Part shown: positions 23,701-34,489 of the stretch, piece after piece
Position numbering within the stretch: the first letter of the stretch is position 1
Layout: the number at the start of each line of letters is the position of its first letter
From: Blasia pusilla
Lineage: Eukaryota
DNA: 64,000 nt
Direction: 5' to 3'
Assembly (NCBI GenBank): GCA_050084515.1
Contig: CM114271.1
Location: forward strand, 8,680,001-8,744,000
The notes under the pieces: generated by a model
The model's database searches: none
The model's input: the letters and a program-made list of their open reading frames with translations, nothing else
Told to the model about the DNA's origin: nothing
Program-made: the position numbers and the translations under genes

Positions 23701-25980
23701 CTCGTCCCCCATAAAGCTGAAGAAGTGTGGCCATCAGATGTAGCCATGCTCGTCATTGCATGCCACTCCTCAAGACTATTCTCTGCATCGGCGTTCCCCT
23801 CCAATAAATCTCCAGGCCAACATAATGTGCCATAATAAGAAGCAACTATTGTGGTCGACCCTTGGAGTGAACCATCAAGTCTCCCTGCATACTACACGGG
23901 TAGCTGAGTAGCTCATCCCTCGCCTGACTGCTAACCTGATTGAAAGGAGGCTATCTCCTCCCAAAAGTCAAGTGTGAACCCTAGAGGATACAATACCGTA
24001 GCCCCTACCAAAACATCATAAGACTTGGCCGGTGTCACAACCGCTTGTGTCGGCACCATCGCACTATCCATAGGATGATCGGGCCGAATCCTCTCTGCAA
24101 TCTCATCGCGAGTCATGAACTATGTCGGGGATGTGCCTCCCTGTGAAGTCTGAATCTGGAATGGACATGGAGTGATCTCACACTTCCGCAATCCCATCGT
24201 TACACATGCCGCCTTCCCCAACATAAGGAGTTGTGCTCCTGAATCAAGTAGCACTCTCCGCGGTCGATACATGATTTCGGATGGACCAACCAACTAGAAA
24301 ACTCCATGTCGGTTGTCTAAGACAACAATTCTTGGTGAGACGGCTGCACGCTCTATCGCTGGTCTAGTTGGAAACTCCACCACTCTAGCCATTGCTGCAT
24401 GCCAACTCTCTGTGGCTCTCGTCTCGAGCACTTGCTCTAAGGGTACCTCTAGAACATCTCCTTTGCGAGTCTCAACACTAGAAGAACCAAACTCATTGCT
24501 CTCACAAAGCGTCGCCGCCAACCGGAAAACCTCAGTTGGTCGACCTCCACAAGTCAACAAATCTCTAGCCGTAAATAGTGGGATGCTACACAAAGCCATT
24601 TCCATCTAGATCCGGAAGTCGACGTTGTCCCCTACATCTCATGTAGATGTCTATTGGGCCATCATAGTCTCAAGGCGTTGCTCCAACTGAGCTATCCCCG
24701 CCAAAGCTGCCTCTGATGCAAATGTTGCACTCGCTTTGGCAGGTGGTGGGGTCCTGCCTCCACCACATCCTCGTCCTCCTACACCTCGTCTTCTGCCACC
24801 TCCACGTCCTTGACCTCCCTCTAGGCGCAACTCAGGTGGAGCTCAAAACATCTCTCACGTGTGTGCCCATATCTCTGGAAATGATCACACTAAGGTAAGG
24901 GTGGCCTCCCCTGGGCCGCCTCATATACAACTGATGGTGATGCCTGTAGTCCACTCTAATGTCTTCAATCTTGCTGACAATGTGATCCTCCACACGTCCA
25001 ACAAGAAATCCCTAAGCCCTGCTACCCAACGTATGACAGAATTGGTCGTGGTCGTTGCTCCTGGGAAGCTCCCGTAGCCCTCGGTCCCATGACTCTATCT
25101 CGAGTTGTGCGCTGCAACACTCATGGAGACACCATCACTCGTGTCATCTCCCTCGAAGATGATCTGCATGTCGTCAAAACTCTCTCCTCAAGTATTTTGA
25201 GCTGAATCCGCTTCGCCAACAAAAATACAGACTTGAGAGTAGGCAAACCAATATGTAAGAGAGTTGCATCTTGCACTCTCTTCTGCAACTCGCAGTCTAG
25301 CATCGCATACCAAAATTGAATTTCTTGTTCCTCCGTCACACCCTGAGTCGCTATGATCAACCGTTGGAGCCGTGCATAGGCCTCTAGAAGACTCTCTCCG
25401 CTCTCCGTTGAAACTCATGAATCGACTTTAGCACGGGTCCTCACCCCTTGATAGTTCCTCCCCAACTCTCGGAAGAACTCAACCAATGGGTTGAACATGG
25501 GTGATACTCGACTGGTCACAGTTGTAAGACTCGGGTCGACAACTCCTCCAAGTGTCTCCTCTTCGCGGTTAGTGGGTGCTTCTGCAGGCGCCACATCATA
25601 CATCGCGCGCCCTATGAGGAACATATATCCTGCAGACCAAAATAGTCCCCACGCCTCGATCTCCGTCTCATGGAGAATCCAAAACTTGTGGTAATCATCC
25701 ATGGGAGGGCCCTCCAGATGTTGAAAAAGTCCCTTCCACGCCATAAAGGGGTTGAATCTCTCCTGGTTCCGCATCCTTTGTGCATCGCACCAACTATCAA
25801 ACTCCTCCATAAAATCATCCAACTCAATGGTTTCCACGAGGCTTGAGAACCGTCCGAGTCCCTTCATGGACCCATACGTATTGCGATCATCCATGTCCCA
25901 CAACAAAAGTGTGGCAACAATCGCGACACTCCATGGCCTCTTGGATAACTCAGAATCCGCTAATGTCACCTTTAGAGTAA
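20710..25980 (-). mobile_element. Gypsy-DNMT retrotransposon, copy B (gag-protease-DNMT-RT-RNaseH; both ends truncated)
   Basis: gag-like 25415-25969. Protease VLLDSGAQ ~24235-24255. DNMT 22600-23545. RT 21500-22250 (CYIDDII). RNaseH CPFQLHTD..EFVVAY. Confidence 0.9.
22600..23545 (-). pseudogene. C5-DNA methyltransferase domain (copy B)
   Basis: LDLFGGIS, GWPCQG, YILENI, AHRPRL and VLGQAMDL motifs. Confidence 0.9.
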
Positions 25981-26199
25981 CTAGTGTTGACTGGAGGGAG
26001 CGAGGATGAGCTCTTCAACCTCCAGTGCGTCAAGAGGTCGCTAAAGTGGAGGACGGCACAATCGTGGATCATAAAAAATGAGTACCCACTCCGATCCGCG
26101 ACAAATCAGATTCGGGTAAGGCTCAATTCCTGTACAATAATTTCAATTATCTTATAATGATGTGTAGAATGAGAGTCAATCTGGTTTTTTTGTCCGTGA

Positions 26200-26600
26200 G
26201 CAACCCGTCGGAAGGCGACGGGTTGTCGGGTTTAGAGCGTGTTCTTCGGGCTTAGAGCGGCCAGGCTCGGCTGAGAGCAACCCGTCGGTTTCCGACGGGT
26301 TGCATCTTTCCCACATAGACAGGGAAAACGGCGGTGTACCTACAACCCGTCGGAACCCGACGGGTTGCAATTGCTTTTGTGTTTTCCCAGTTGATTTTGG
26401 TTTTTGGATGCAACCCGTCTGATAGCGACGGGTTGCTCTCAGGCGAGCATGGGCTGCTCTAGGCCAGCAACCCGTCGCCTTCCGACGGGTTGCATCCAAA
26501 AACCAAAATCAACTGGGAAAACCCAAAAGCAACTGCAACCCGTCGGGTTCCGACGGGTTGGTCCGGGACAAAACAACCCGTCGGACTCCGACAGGTTGAT
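26200..26600. repeat. Palindrome array and ~220-bp hairpin in the last intron of the MTase gene
   Basis: 26342-26437 is inverted at 26466-26560 (ttcccagttgattttggtttttggatgc / gcatccaaaaaccaaaatcaactgggaa). Confidence 0.85.
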
Positions 26601-29295
26601 CCAAAGTCAGTTATTGAAAATGTTCTCAAGGCGACTTCTTTAGTTTCTGACATTGTTTCCAACGTGCTGATTTACAGATGGACCACTCCTACGTCTACTG
26701 CTTCGTTCGGCCCGAGCACAATTTCCAGGTGTTCAAGATCCAGGATCCTGTGGATCCATGCTCAGATGGGTACAGCTTAGATAGTTTGTACAATTCCCCC
26801 CCGGGAATTTACATGCAAGACAGTACCCCACTTCTGGGAGGAAGGGAAAAGTCGCCAGCCCTGATGCAAACGCTCATCGAGCTCTGCTCAAGGCCGGGTG
26901 ACTTGGTGTTCGACTTAGTGGGACTTTCAGGGGCAAGTATCAAAGGCGCCTGGCAGAGTGGCAGGAACATTCTCTGCCTCGAGGGAAGGCAGGAACTGTT
27001 TGACCTTTGCAAGGAGGCAAAGGCAGAATACGAAAGGCTCGTTGGGGCGTACAACTCTCCACCAAAGCCGAGAGCTCCGGTTCCAGAGCCACCCTTGGTA
27101 GTGACTCCATCGTCACTTCCAACGATTCCCAAAATCAGGAGGGCAAGGCCGAAAGTGATTTTGCAAGAGCTCCCAGACGATGACGAGTGAGTTCAAAGAA
27201 CTCAGCGACTTGACGGCTTATTGCGGCGTTTGGAGTAGGGAGTTTTTGATAATGAGGCAAAAGATTTCATATAATAGATCAAATGTACAGATTCGAGCTT
27301 TTTTCGGATGATATAAAGCAGAAGATTTTTTCGATCGATGGTGCTTGTAAATGTTTGCTGATCATTTTTCTTTTCGAATGTGATCGTCTATGTACTCCAC
27401 GGACTTCTACTTTGCAACCCGTCGGATTTCTCCTGCTTGCAACTTTCACTTTATGACCACTGTAACCCGTCGGATTTCTCCTCCTTGCAACTTTTCGCTT
27501 TTTGACCACTGCACCCTTTTTACCACCTCCAGGCAACCTCTCTGATTCCGACAAGTTGCCTAATCGGACCCTTTCCCTGTTGGTCCAACTTAAGAGGCAG
27601 TCTGGCGGGCTTCTTCCCTTGGCACCTTCCCCTCAACTCGTAAAGGCAGGCGTAGGCTTCTTTTCTTCTCTCAGACGTGTTGGATTCCTTCTACCTGTGC
27701 GATTGCCATAATGGTATTACCGGGGACGGAGCAGATATTGATTCTGGATGTGTTGTATAGCGATGTGTATGCGCATAACAAGCCTCATGGGCCTGGTATC
27801 GGCACTTACACTAGAAGACGTTGTTCGCGCTGTATCTGATCAGGGGCCAGGGGCAGAATGCCCCAACATATATAGATTGTTCTTGAGCACACACATTGCA
27901 AGTATGTCACCTTGCTTATGTCTGATGATGCATGCACCGTCTTGAAGTGCCAGACTGCCTCCAAACAGGTCGTGTCTTAACATAGAGAAAAGGTTCTTTA
28001 TCAGACCTAGTACGTGTAGAACATCTTCGATCATGATGTCACATTGCAGAGCGTACAAGGTATACTGCCGAGGAAGGCGGTGGGACTCGAGACAGGTTAC
28101 ATAGGACCGTTATGGTGTACCTAGGGGGGGGCCAAGGCTCTCGAATTCGCCAACATTTTTTATCCGCGTCTACAATCGGCCAGAGGAGCCACTTGAATCC
28201 CAAGACATTCCTTTGGTGCTGTCACCGAGGAGAGTTAGGAGTAAATTTTTAGATGACGAGGTTGAAGAAATCATAGACTAGGTGAAATGTAAATTTCCGA
28301 GGTTCCTTCGGAGGTAATAAAGGACAAGATTTTTTCAACCCATAATGGTGTTTGTAAAAGTTTGCTGGAATATGTTTTTGGACTTGTGGATTGTGTTCTT
28401 TTAGCTACTGAGAATTACAATTCTGCAACCCGTATGATTCCGACTTTTTGCTTTTTGCCCAGTGCAATTTTTTAACCATTTCCAGGCAACTTGTCAGATT
28501 CCGACAGGTTGAGTGCTTGAGTGATCCGACTCTATCCCGGTGAGACCAACTTCTGGCGCATTGTGGCGGGCTTCTTGACTTTTGGCTCGTTCCCCTTCAT
28601 TCGTCCAACCAGTTGTAGGCTTCTTTTCTTATCTAAGATGTGCAGGATTGCTACTACCTGTCGGATTGCCATTTCGGATTCCCAACCTGTTAGATTGTCG
28701 TGGGTGCAGGGTGGAAGAAAATCACTTCTAAAAATCTTTCCTTTCTTATGGTGAGCTTTCTTACGGGTTGGGAGGGGTGCAGCTTCTTGGTTTCTCAGCT
28801 TTAGGATCTGAATGAAGGGACATCAGTTCCTCTTTACTCCAGACAGCTAACAATATTTTGGTTCAATTATCCTCTCATGTGTTCATATTTCACAAAGTTG
28901 GTCTTGAGTAGACACCATTCATAACCAACAGAAAGTTCGTTATGGGGCAATTCAGGGGAGGCCATGATGCAGGCAACAATCCCTGCAAAAAGAGAGGTTG
29001 GCATCCGGGTGGTCCTCCAACAAAAATACCCATGGGCACTGCTTTTTGTAGACCGAGACAGGTAATGTTAAGAAACTTAGGCTCACATGGAGAGTGATGG
29101 AAAAATGTTTGTAGTGATCTTATGATGTCTACTTTTTTTTTGCCCCCAGGAAAAAGGAGGTTTTTTTAGGGCCAAATGTGGACCACTACCTACTCTCTTC
29201 TAAAGATTTCCTGAATTTGAAAGCAAACAAAATTTTCAAATGTCATAAAGTTTTGAAGAGAGGAGGCGGATTTGGCCCTTTTTTTTTAAGAGAGA

Positions 29296-29339
29296 CTCTC
29301 CTCTCTTCCTCTCTTCCTCTCCTCTCTTACTCTCTCCTG
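29296..29339 (-). repeat. Right terminal inverted repeat of the MULE
   Basis: Reverse complement CAGGAGAGAGTAAGAGAGGAGAGGAAGAGAGGAAGAGAGGAGAG resembles the left ends at 2784 and 10604. Confidence 0.65.
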
Positions 29340-29376
29340 CCAGAATACCAGCCCCCCCTAAAAAATCGTGACAATT

Positions 29377-30504
29377 GTATGTGATAGGATACGGGGATGG
29401 TTCAATGATCCAACACCACACTTGCATCCTTTACCAATCATGGGATTAGGGTATCGCTGGAGTTTAGACTTTGCATGGCCTTTACCATTGACAAGACGCC
29501 ATAGTCGGTACGTGTTGGTCATGGTGGAGCACTTCTCCAAGTGGATCGAGTTGGTAGCATTGTTGGAGGGGTCGAGTGAGGGAGCGGCTTATGCATTTCT
29601 TGATAGAGTGCTTAGTCACTTCGGCGCACCAACAGAGGTGTTAACAGACCAGGGTACTGATTTTAGGAGTGACTTTCAGGCCTTGTATGATCAGGCACTG
29701 ATATATCATTGTACGACTTCTCGAGATCATCCGGAGGCAGATGGTTTGGTAGAGAGAGTTTGGCAGACGGTGAAGAGAGGATTGCGCAAGTATGGACTGT
29801 AGAGAGGACATTTTCTAGATTGGGACCTACAGTTGCCATGGTTGGCGATGGGTTACCGCTTCAGTCGGTAAGCATCCTTGGCATCATTTTCACCATATTT
29901 CTTGCTCTATGGGAGAGAGCCAGAGTTATAGGCGTCAATTTGACGATATGTGGTTGAGATACTTGACCTCGATGATCTAGACGTATGGTTGCGAGCATGT
30001 TCTCAGCGGGCTAAGCTCCTTTGGAGAGTCATGCCTATGGCGTTTGAGAACTTGGCTATCAAACAACATTGCGATACTCTGAGATACACGACTACGCGTG
30101 GAGGAGGCTATCAATGAGAGATTCAGCAATTCCATCCTGGCGATTATATCCACCTACAGTAGACAATGCCGATAACATTGGACGTGACGGTGGGATGCAC
30201 TATTTTGTGAGTGCGAGAGATTTTACCTTCAGAAGTCCTTGTTTTAGAGGGTCATGACGGTACCGTTTGGAAAGATCGTGTGCGTAATTGTGCGCCATGT
30301 CATCTTCCAAATGTAGATGGGAGGATTGATCCGAGCTTGGCAGTTGATCCTGCGGGCTTGAGATGCATGTTGTATGGGTCTGCCAGAGGCGCAGCCACGA
30401 TGCTAGTTTGTAATGGGTATTTTCGATGATGGCATATGTCATGTTTGACACCGCCTCTTGACTTGGTTCCTCAGGGACGTTGGCTTCTTCCCAGATGTAC
30501 ATAG
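29377..30504 (+). pseudogene. Gypsy-DNMT family integrase with a C-terminal PHD finger (degenerate)
   Basis: RWSLDFAWP..VEHFSKW..LTDQGTDF..HPEADGLVER, followed by CML(Y)..MLVCNG(Y)..WHMSCLTPPL..VPQGRWL(L)PRC* at 30364-30504. Confidence 0.85.
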
Positions 30505-30680
30505 GTGTGATAGGTAGATACAAGATGACTCTTGATATTATGGATTGCAGGAAGGTGACTAATGATAGGACCACATAGCACCCGACCTCTTGATCTAAGC
30601 ACCGAAAAGATGCATAATATTTAGACTTATTTTGTAGGCTATTTGGAGTTAGAGGCAACTAACCACTAGCTAGGGGGCGA

Positions 30681-31537
30681 TTGGGATTGTCTAGTCATTC
30701 ATGCGTAGAGATGTTAGGATTCATAGCTAGATGGATCTTAGACATGTGTGTGCATGACAATCGATGTATGTTGGGAGTAATGTGTATTTGCACGACAGTT
30801 GCCATAGTAGATGACGCGTAGGGCGAGATAGTATCAAGGCCTTAGAGGGGTCTTGTACTTCCCTATTTGGAGGGGTCATATATGACTTGCTCTTAGGAGG
30901 TGACCTACGAGTGTAAGTCACCCTTCCCTTGATAAGGAGTGGCAACCTTGGAGAGGTTGACCTTCCCAGCCATGTATGGCTCCACTTGGTCCTATAGGGT
31001 CATGGGTTAGTTGGTAGTTGGTCTCATGAGGGGACCACATGTGTAGTTGTTAGAGAGCTAGTATGGGTGTACTATAGGTTGGTAATGACCTACTAGGAAG
31101 GAGGTGACCTGTGTGTACATGTCACCCATGGAAGTGCCCAGGAGGATATACCTCGGATGAGTCTCATTTGGAGTTCTTCTCCTTAGGATTGCAAACCCTT
31201 GTTAGGATTTGTGATACACTACGACGTACATGTATAGAACCTGGATTCTCTCTTGAAGAGTGAGCTAAGAATGATCAATAAGAAGATCACACATTTTGGG
31301 AATCTGTATACTTTCTCTTGCTATAACACCAGTGCGTATCAAAATTATAAGTATGGCTGTTTGGATGAAGCATGGTTGATTGCAGATTTCATCAGAGTTT
31401 ACGATTCATATTCAATTTTATATTAGGGTGGTCAATCATTCATGTGTAGAGATGTTAGATTCATAGCTAGATGGATCTTAGATATATGCGTGCGTGACAG
31501 CCGATTTTTGTTGGCAGCGATGTGTATTCGCACAACA
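30681..31537 (+). repeat. 3' terminal repeats of the Gypsy-DNMT family: B1 (30681-30797), A-like segment, B2 (31423-31537)
   Basis: A ~115-bp direct repeat ends CACGACA/CACAACA and follows the purine tract CTAGGGGGCGA. The spacer has ggaggtgacc..tatacctc motifs shared with the A repeat at 40880-41390. Confidence 0.6.
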
Positions 31538-32796
31538 CTGTGGCCACTCCAACTATTGTTAAGGTCAAAAGAAATCCAAGTTAGATAATCTACAAGTCAC
31601 CTCAAAATGAAGCTACTACTATCAAAACCGATGCATTTACTTTGAGCACCATAGGATGCACCATACAAAACTCAATTTCTCACAGAGTGCTCGACACAAT
31701 CTATTTGCTGGTCGGATAAGTGTCAAAGGTCCATAGGGCCCATATTATCTCCATCTTTGTTGTTACAAGACAAGCATATTTTGACAAGCCCAAGCTTCTT
31801 GTAAGCTTCACGAGACACATGAGAACCGATCCAAACAATTTTCACCGATTTCTCCATTTAACTGCAGAGAAGTTCCTCTTCGAGAGGATACTCATACGTT
31901 TCAAGCGAAAAGCACAACCTCGTATCCTCGTGAAATTTTGACAACCGTTCAATTTCATAAACACATTCTTGACTCAATATGGATTAGCCTCCAACATATA
32001 TTTATTTTACAACCCCTATCAAAAGGAAGTGCGTGACTGAGGAAGACAACAGAGTGACGGAGTGAGATAGTACTTGGCTAGAGTTCCATTATCCCTTAAA
32101 TCCAACTAGTTCTCTAGTCTTAAAGTTGGACTGAAGACCGGTGGATCCGCATTACTAAAGCAATGTTTACCTTTCCTTGTCACGCAATCAGTCCCTTTCC
32201 TCATAACAATTGGCAATTGGTTCTCTTTGTCATCATCGTCATCACGGATAAATATGTGCAGTGAATGAGGTGCCTCTACAAAGCTCACTCGTCTACAGAT
32301 AGACCTCCTCTTGTGCCACTTCCTTCCAAGAACACTCTTATTCTCAGTTCCATATAAGGATGTGTCTCCAAAGCTCGACCGCTCATGTGGATGGGTAACA
32401 AAGGTTTCCCGCTACTCATCTCAAAGTACTGGAAAATATGTCATGCGCCAAGTTCCTTTCACAAAGCACTTGATTTTATCTGGCTATCCGGATGAAATCG
32501 CGACTCTCTCTCAATCTAGAAGAGAGACTTATATTTCCTCAATTGCACCAATTCTGAAATCGTTTGTAGACATTAGTCAGTCTTGGATTTATCTCTCTCT
32601 CTCTCTCACACCAAGGCGCGGGGTCAATTGGTCCAAGGCTACAACACGTAATGCTTAATAAGCATAATCTCTCTCTGCATCGTCCAACTAGGGTGTGGGT
32701 CTATGAGCACAGTCTAGCCAAGGCGCGGGGTCTACAACAGGAACTACTTACGCACATTCATTCATTTTCTTCAAATGAAGAGTTCGTGAGTTTAAT

Positions 32797-32799
<3 letters not shown>

Positions 32800-32860
<61 letters not shown>
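32800..32860. repeat. (GA)n microsatellite
   Basis: Direct observation; a second imperfect tract lies at 33708-33783. Confidence 0.95.
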
Positions 32861-32864
<4 letters not shown>

Positions 32865-33707
32865 AACGCGTGGAAAAGAGAATATAAGGCTTTCAAGCGG
32901 AGAGATATGGAGACATGGAGAGTCCCTAAAACTTAAAGCTGGAAATCTGGTGGTCTAGACTTAACGTGGAAAGAAACCAAATGAAGTCTCTCTTAATTAA
33001 GCATTCACTGGTATGCAATATTCATAAGTCTGCAAACGCGTCTCCTCTCTCCGCAATCGCACTCGCTCGTTCTTGTCGTCACACTATACGCGAGGCTACT
33101 TTTGCAAAACCGTGCTCGCTCCTTCTCCTTGTCTTTTTTAGCTACGCTTCTCTTTCTTGTCGTCTATTCTCTCCGCAACCGCTGTTGATCTCTCCGTAGC
33201 TTCGCTTGTCTCACTCTCGTCTTGATCCGCAACCGCGCTCGTCCCACTCTCATCCGCCACCGTAGTTGCACTCGCTCTTGTGCTCATCCTTAGCTCACTC
33301 CCAAGCTCGTCTCTAGCCATTGAGTGTAGATGCTCTCTCTCTCTCTCTCTCTTACATTAGATCCACAACCCCCCACCACCAATCAAATATCTGCCTCTCC
33401 ACCCTCAAAATGTTGCGCGCATCAAAACCTACGATGAAAAGGAGCAACTGTGACAATACCACCAGCATAAGTGCGAATGGCTTTAGCTCCCATCGCATGG
33501 CAAGAGACACACACATACAACAATCACTCCCTACTATTGCCTCTATAAGTATGATGCAACACCGACCACCAATTCCAGCCCTTCTCACTCCAAGCCCTTG
33601 TGGCGCATGGGCTGGTTGCAACTCCCCACCTCCCGCTGAGCCCAATCGATCGTAGCGTAACGGAACGGAATAGAACATAACCAAACGGAAAGCACTGGGA
33701 TGGAATG

Positions 33708-33746
<39 letters not shown>

Positions 33747-34489
33747 AAAGAGAGAGAGAGAGAGAAAAAGAAAGAAAGAGAGATTACCTGCGAGTTTTAG
33801 CGAGAGATATGCTTACAAATTTGAAGATGTACTCAAGAGGGTTTCACTCTTCTTACCCAAACATTTGCATGCGGCAAACTCTGAAAAATGTGGCACCTCT
33901 ACTTGCTGAACTGCCACATTCACGCGCACACACACTCCTTGGTGCTTCACTTGCTTCCAATGCCAACGTGTCCTAATTCCCTACCCCATAGGTGCATTCC
34001 TGCACATTGAATCAAACCTCTCCCGCCAAAGGGACCTAATTTGTTAGGACCACGTCGTACCTTACATGTCCGATCGTCTACCAAGAGCCCCACATGAGCA
34101 TTCTCTCCCATATTCCATCACTCACCTCATGAGTTAAGTCAACACTTAGTTATCCAATGTGGTCCAATGATGAGAAATCCACGTTACGAGTACTCCTAGC
34201 TCATTAAAATCATAACTACCCGTTTGCTTTAAGACATGATAGGAAAGTGTAGGTGTAGAATGGGGGAGCCAAACAAGGTTCTAGATTTTGTTTCTAGGGG
34301 TATCTCAAAATTGGTTTAAAATCAGATTTTATTAGTCTTGGCTATAAAATGCCCATAATGTTCTCTTCCTATGGAAATACTACCCTAAATACTAAGACCC
34401 TTATCCACCCCCTTTGAGAGGGAGGGGAATTTTTGTTGGGGTTACAAATCATACCTATTTGATTATTTTCAGTACATTCTCCTATCCAT

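Larger units (their letters stand above)
16077..27190 (+). pseudogene. Spliced gene: coiled-coil + ParB/Srx-like domain + beta-class N4-cytosine/N6-adenine DNA methyltransferase domain; interrupted by the insert at 19917-25982
   Basis: Exon 16927-17399 has FFIWDGNHRF (17251). Exon ~18031-19916 has VDLLIADLPSG (motif IV-like, 19777) and ..AYLSDRGCFL. It resumes at ~25983 as VLTGGSEDELF..SWIIKNEYPLR. Intron 26116(GT)-26677(AG), phase 0. Last exon 26678-27190 has REKSPALMQTLIELCSRPGDLVFDLVGLSGASIKGAWQSGRNILCLE (motifs X/I/II). Confidence 0.8.
10604..29339. mobile_element. Mutator-like DNA transposon, copy 2 (near complete, ~12.7 kb without the 6-kb insert)
   Basis: Left TIR at ~10608 and right TIR at 29296-29339. 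Transposase (-), ParB-MTase (+) and palindrome arrays extend to ~28690. Confidence 0.85.
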
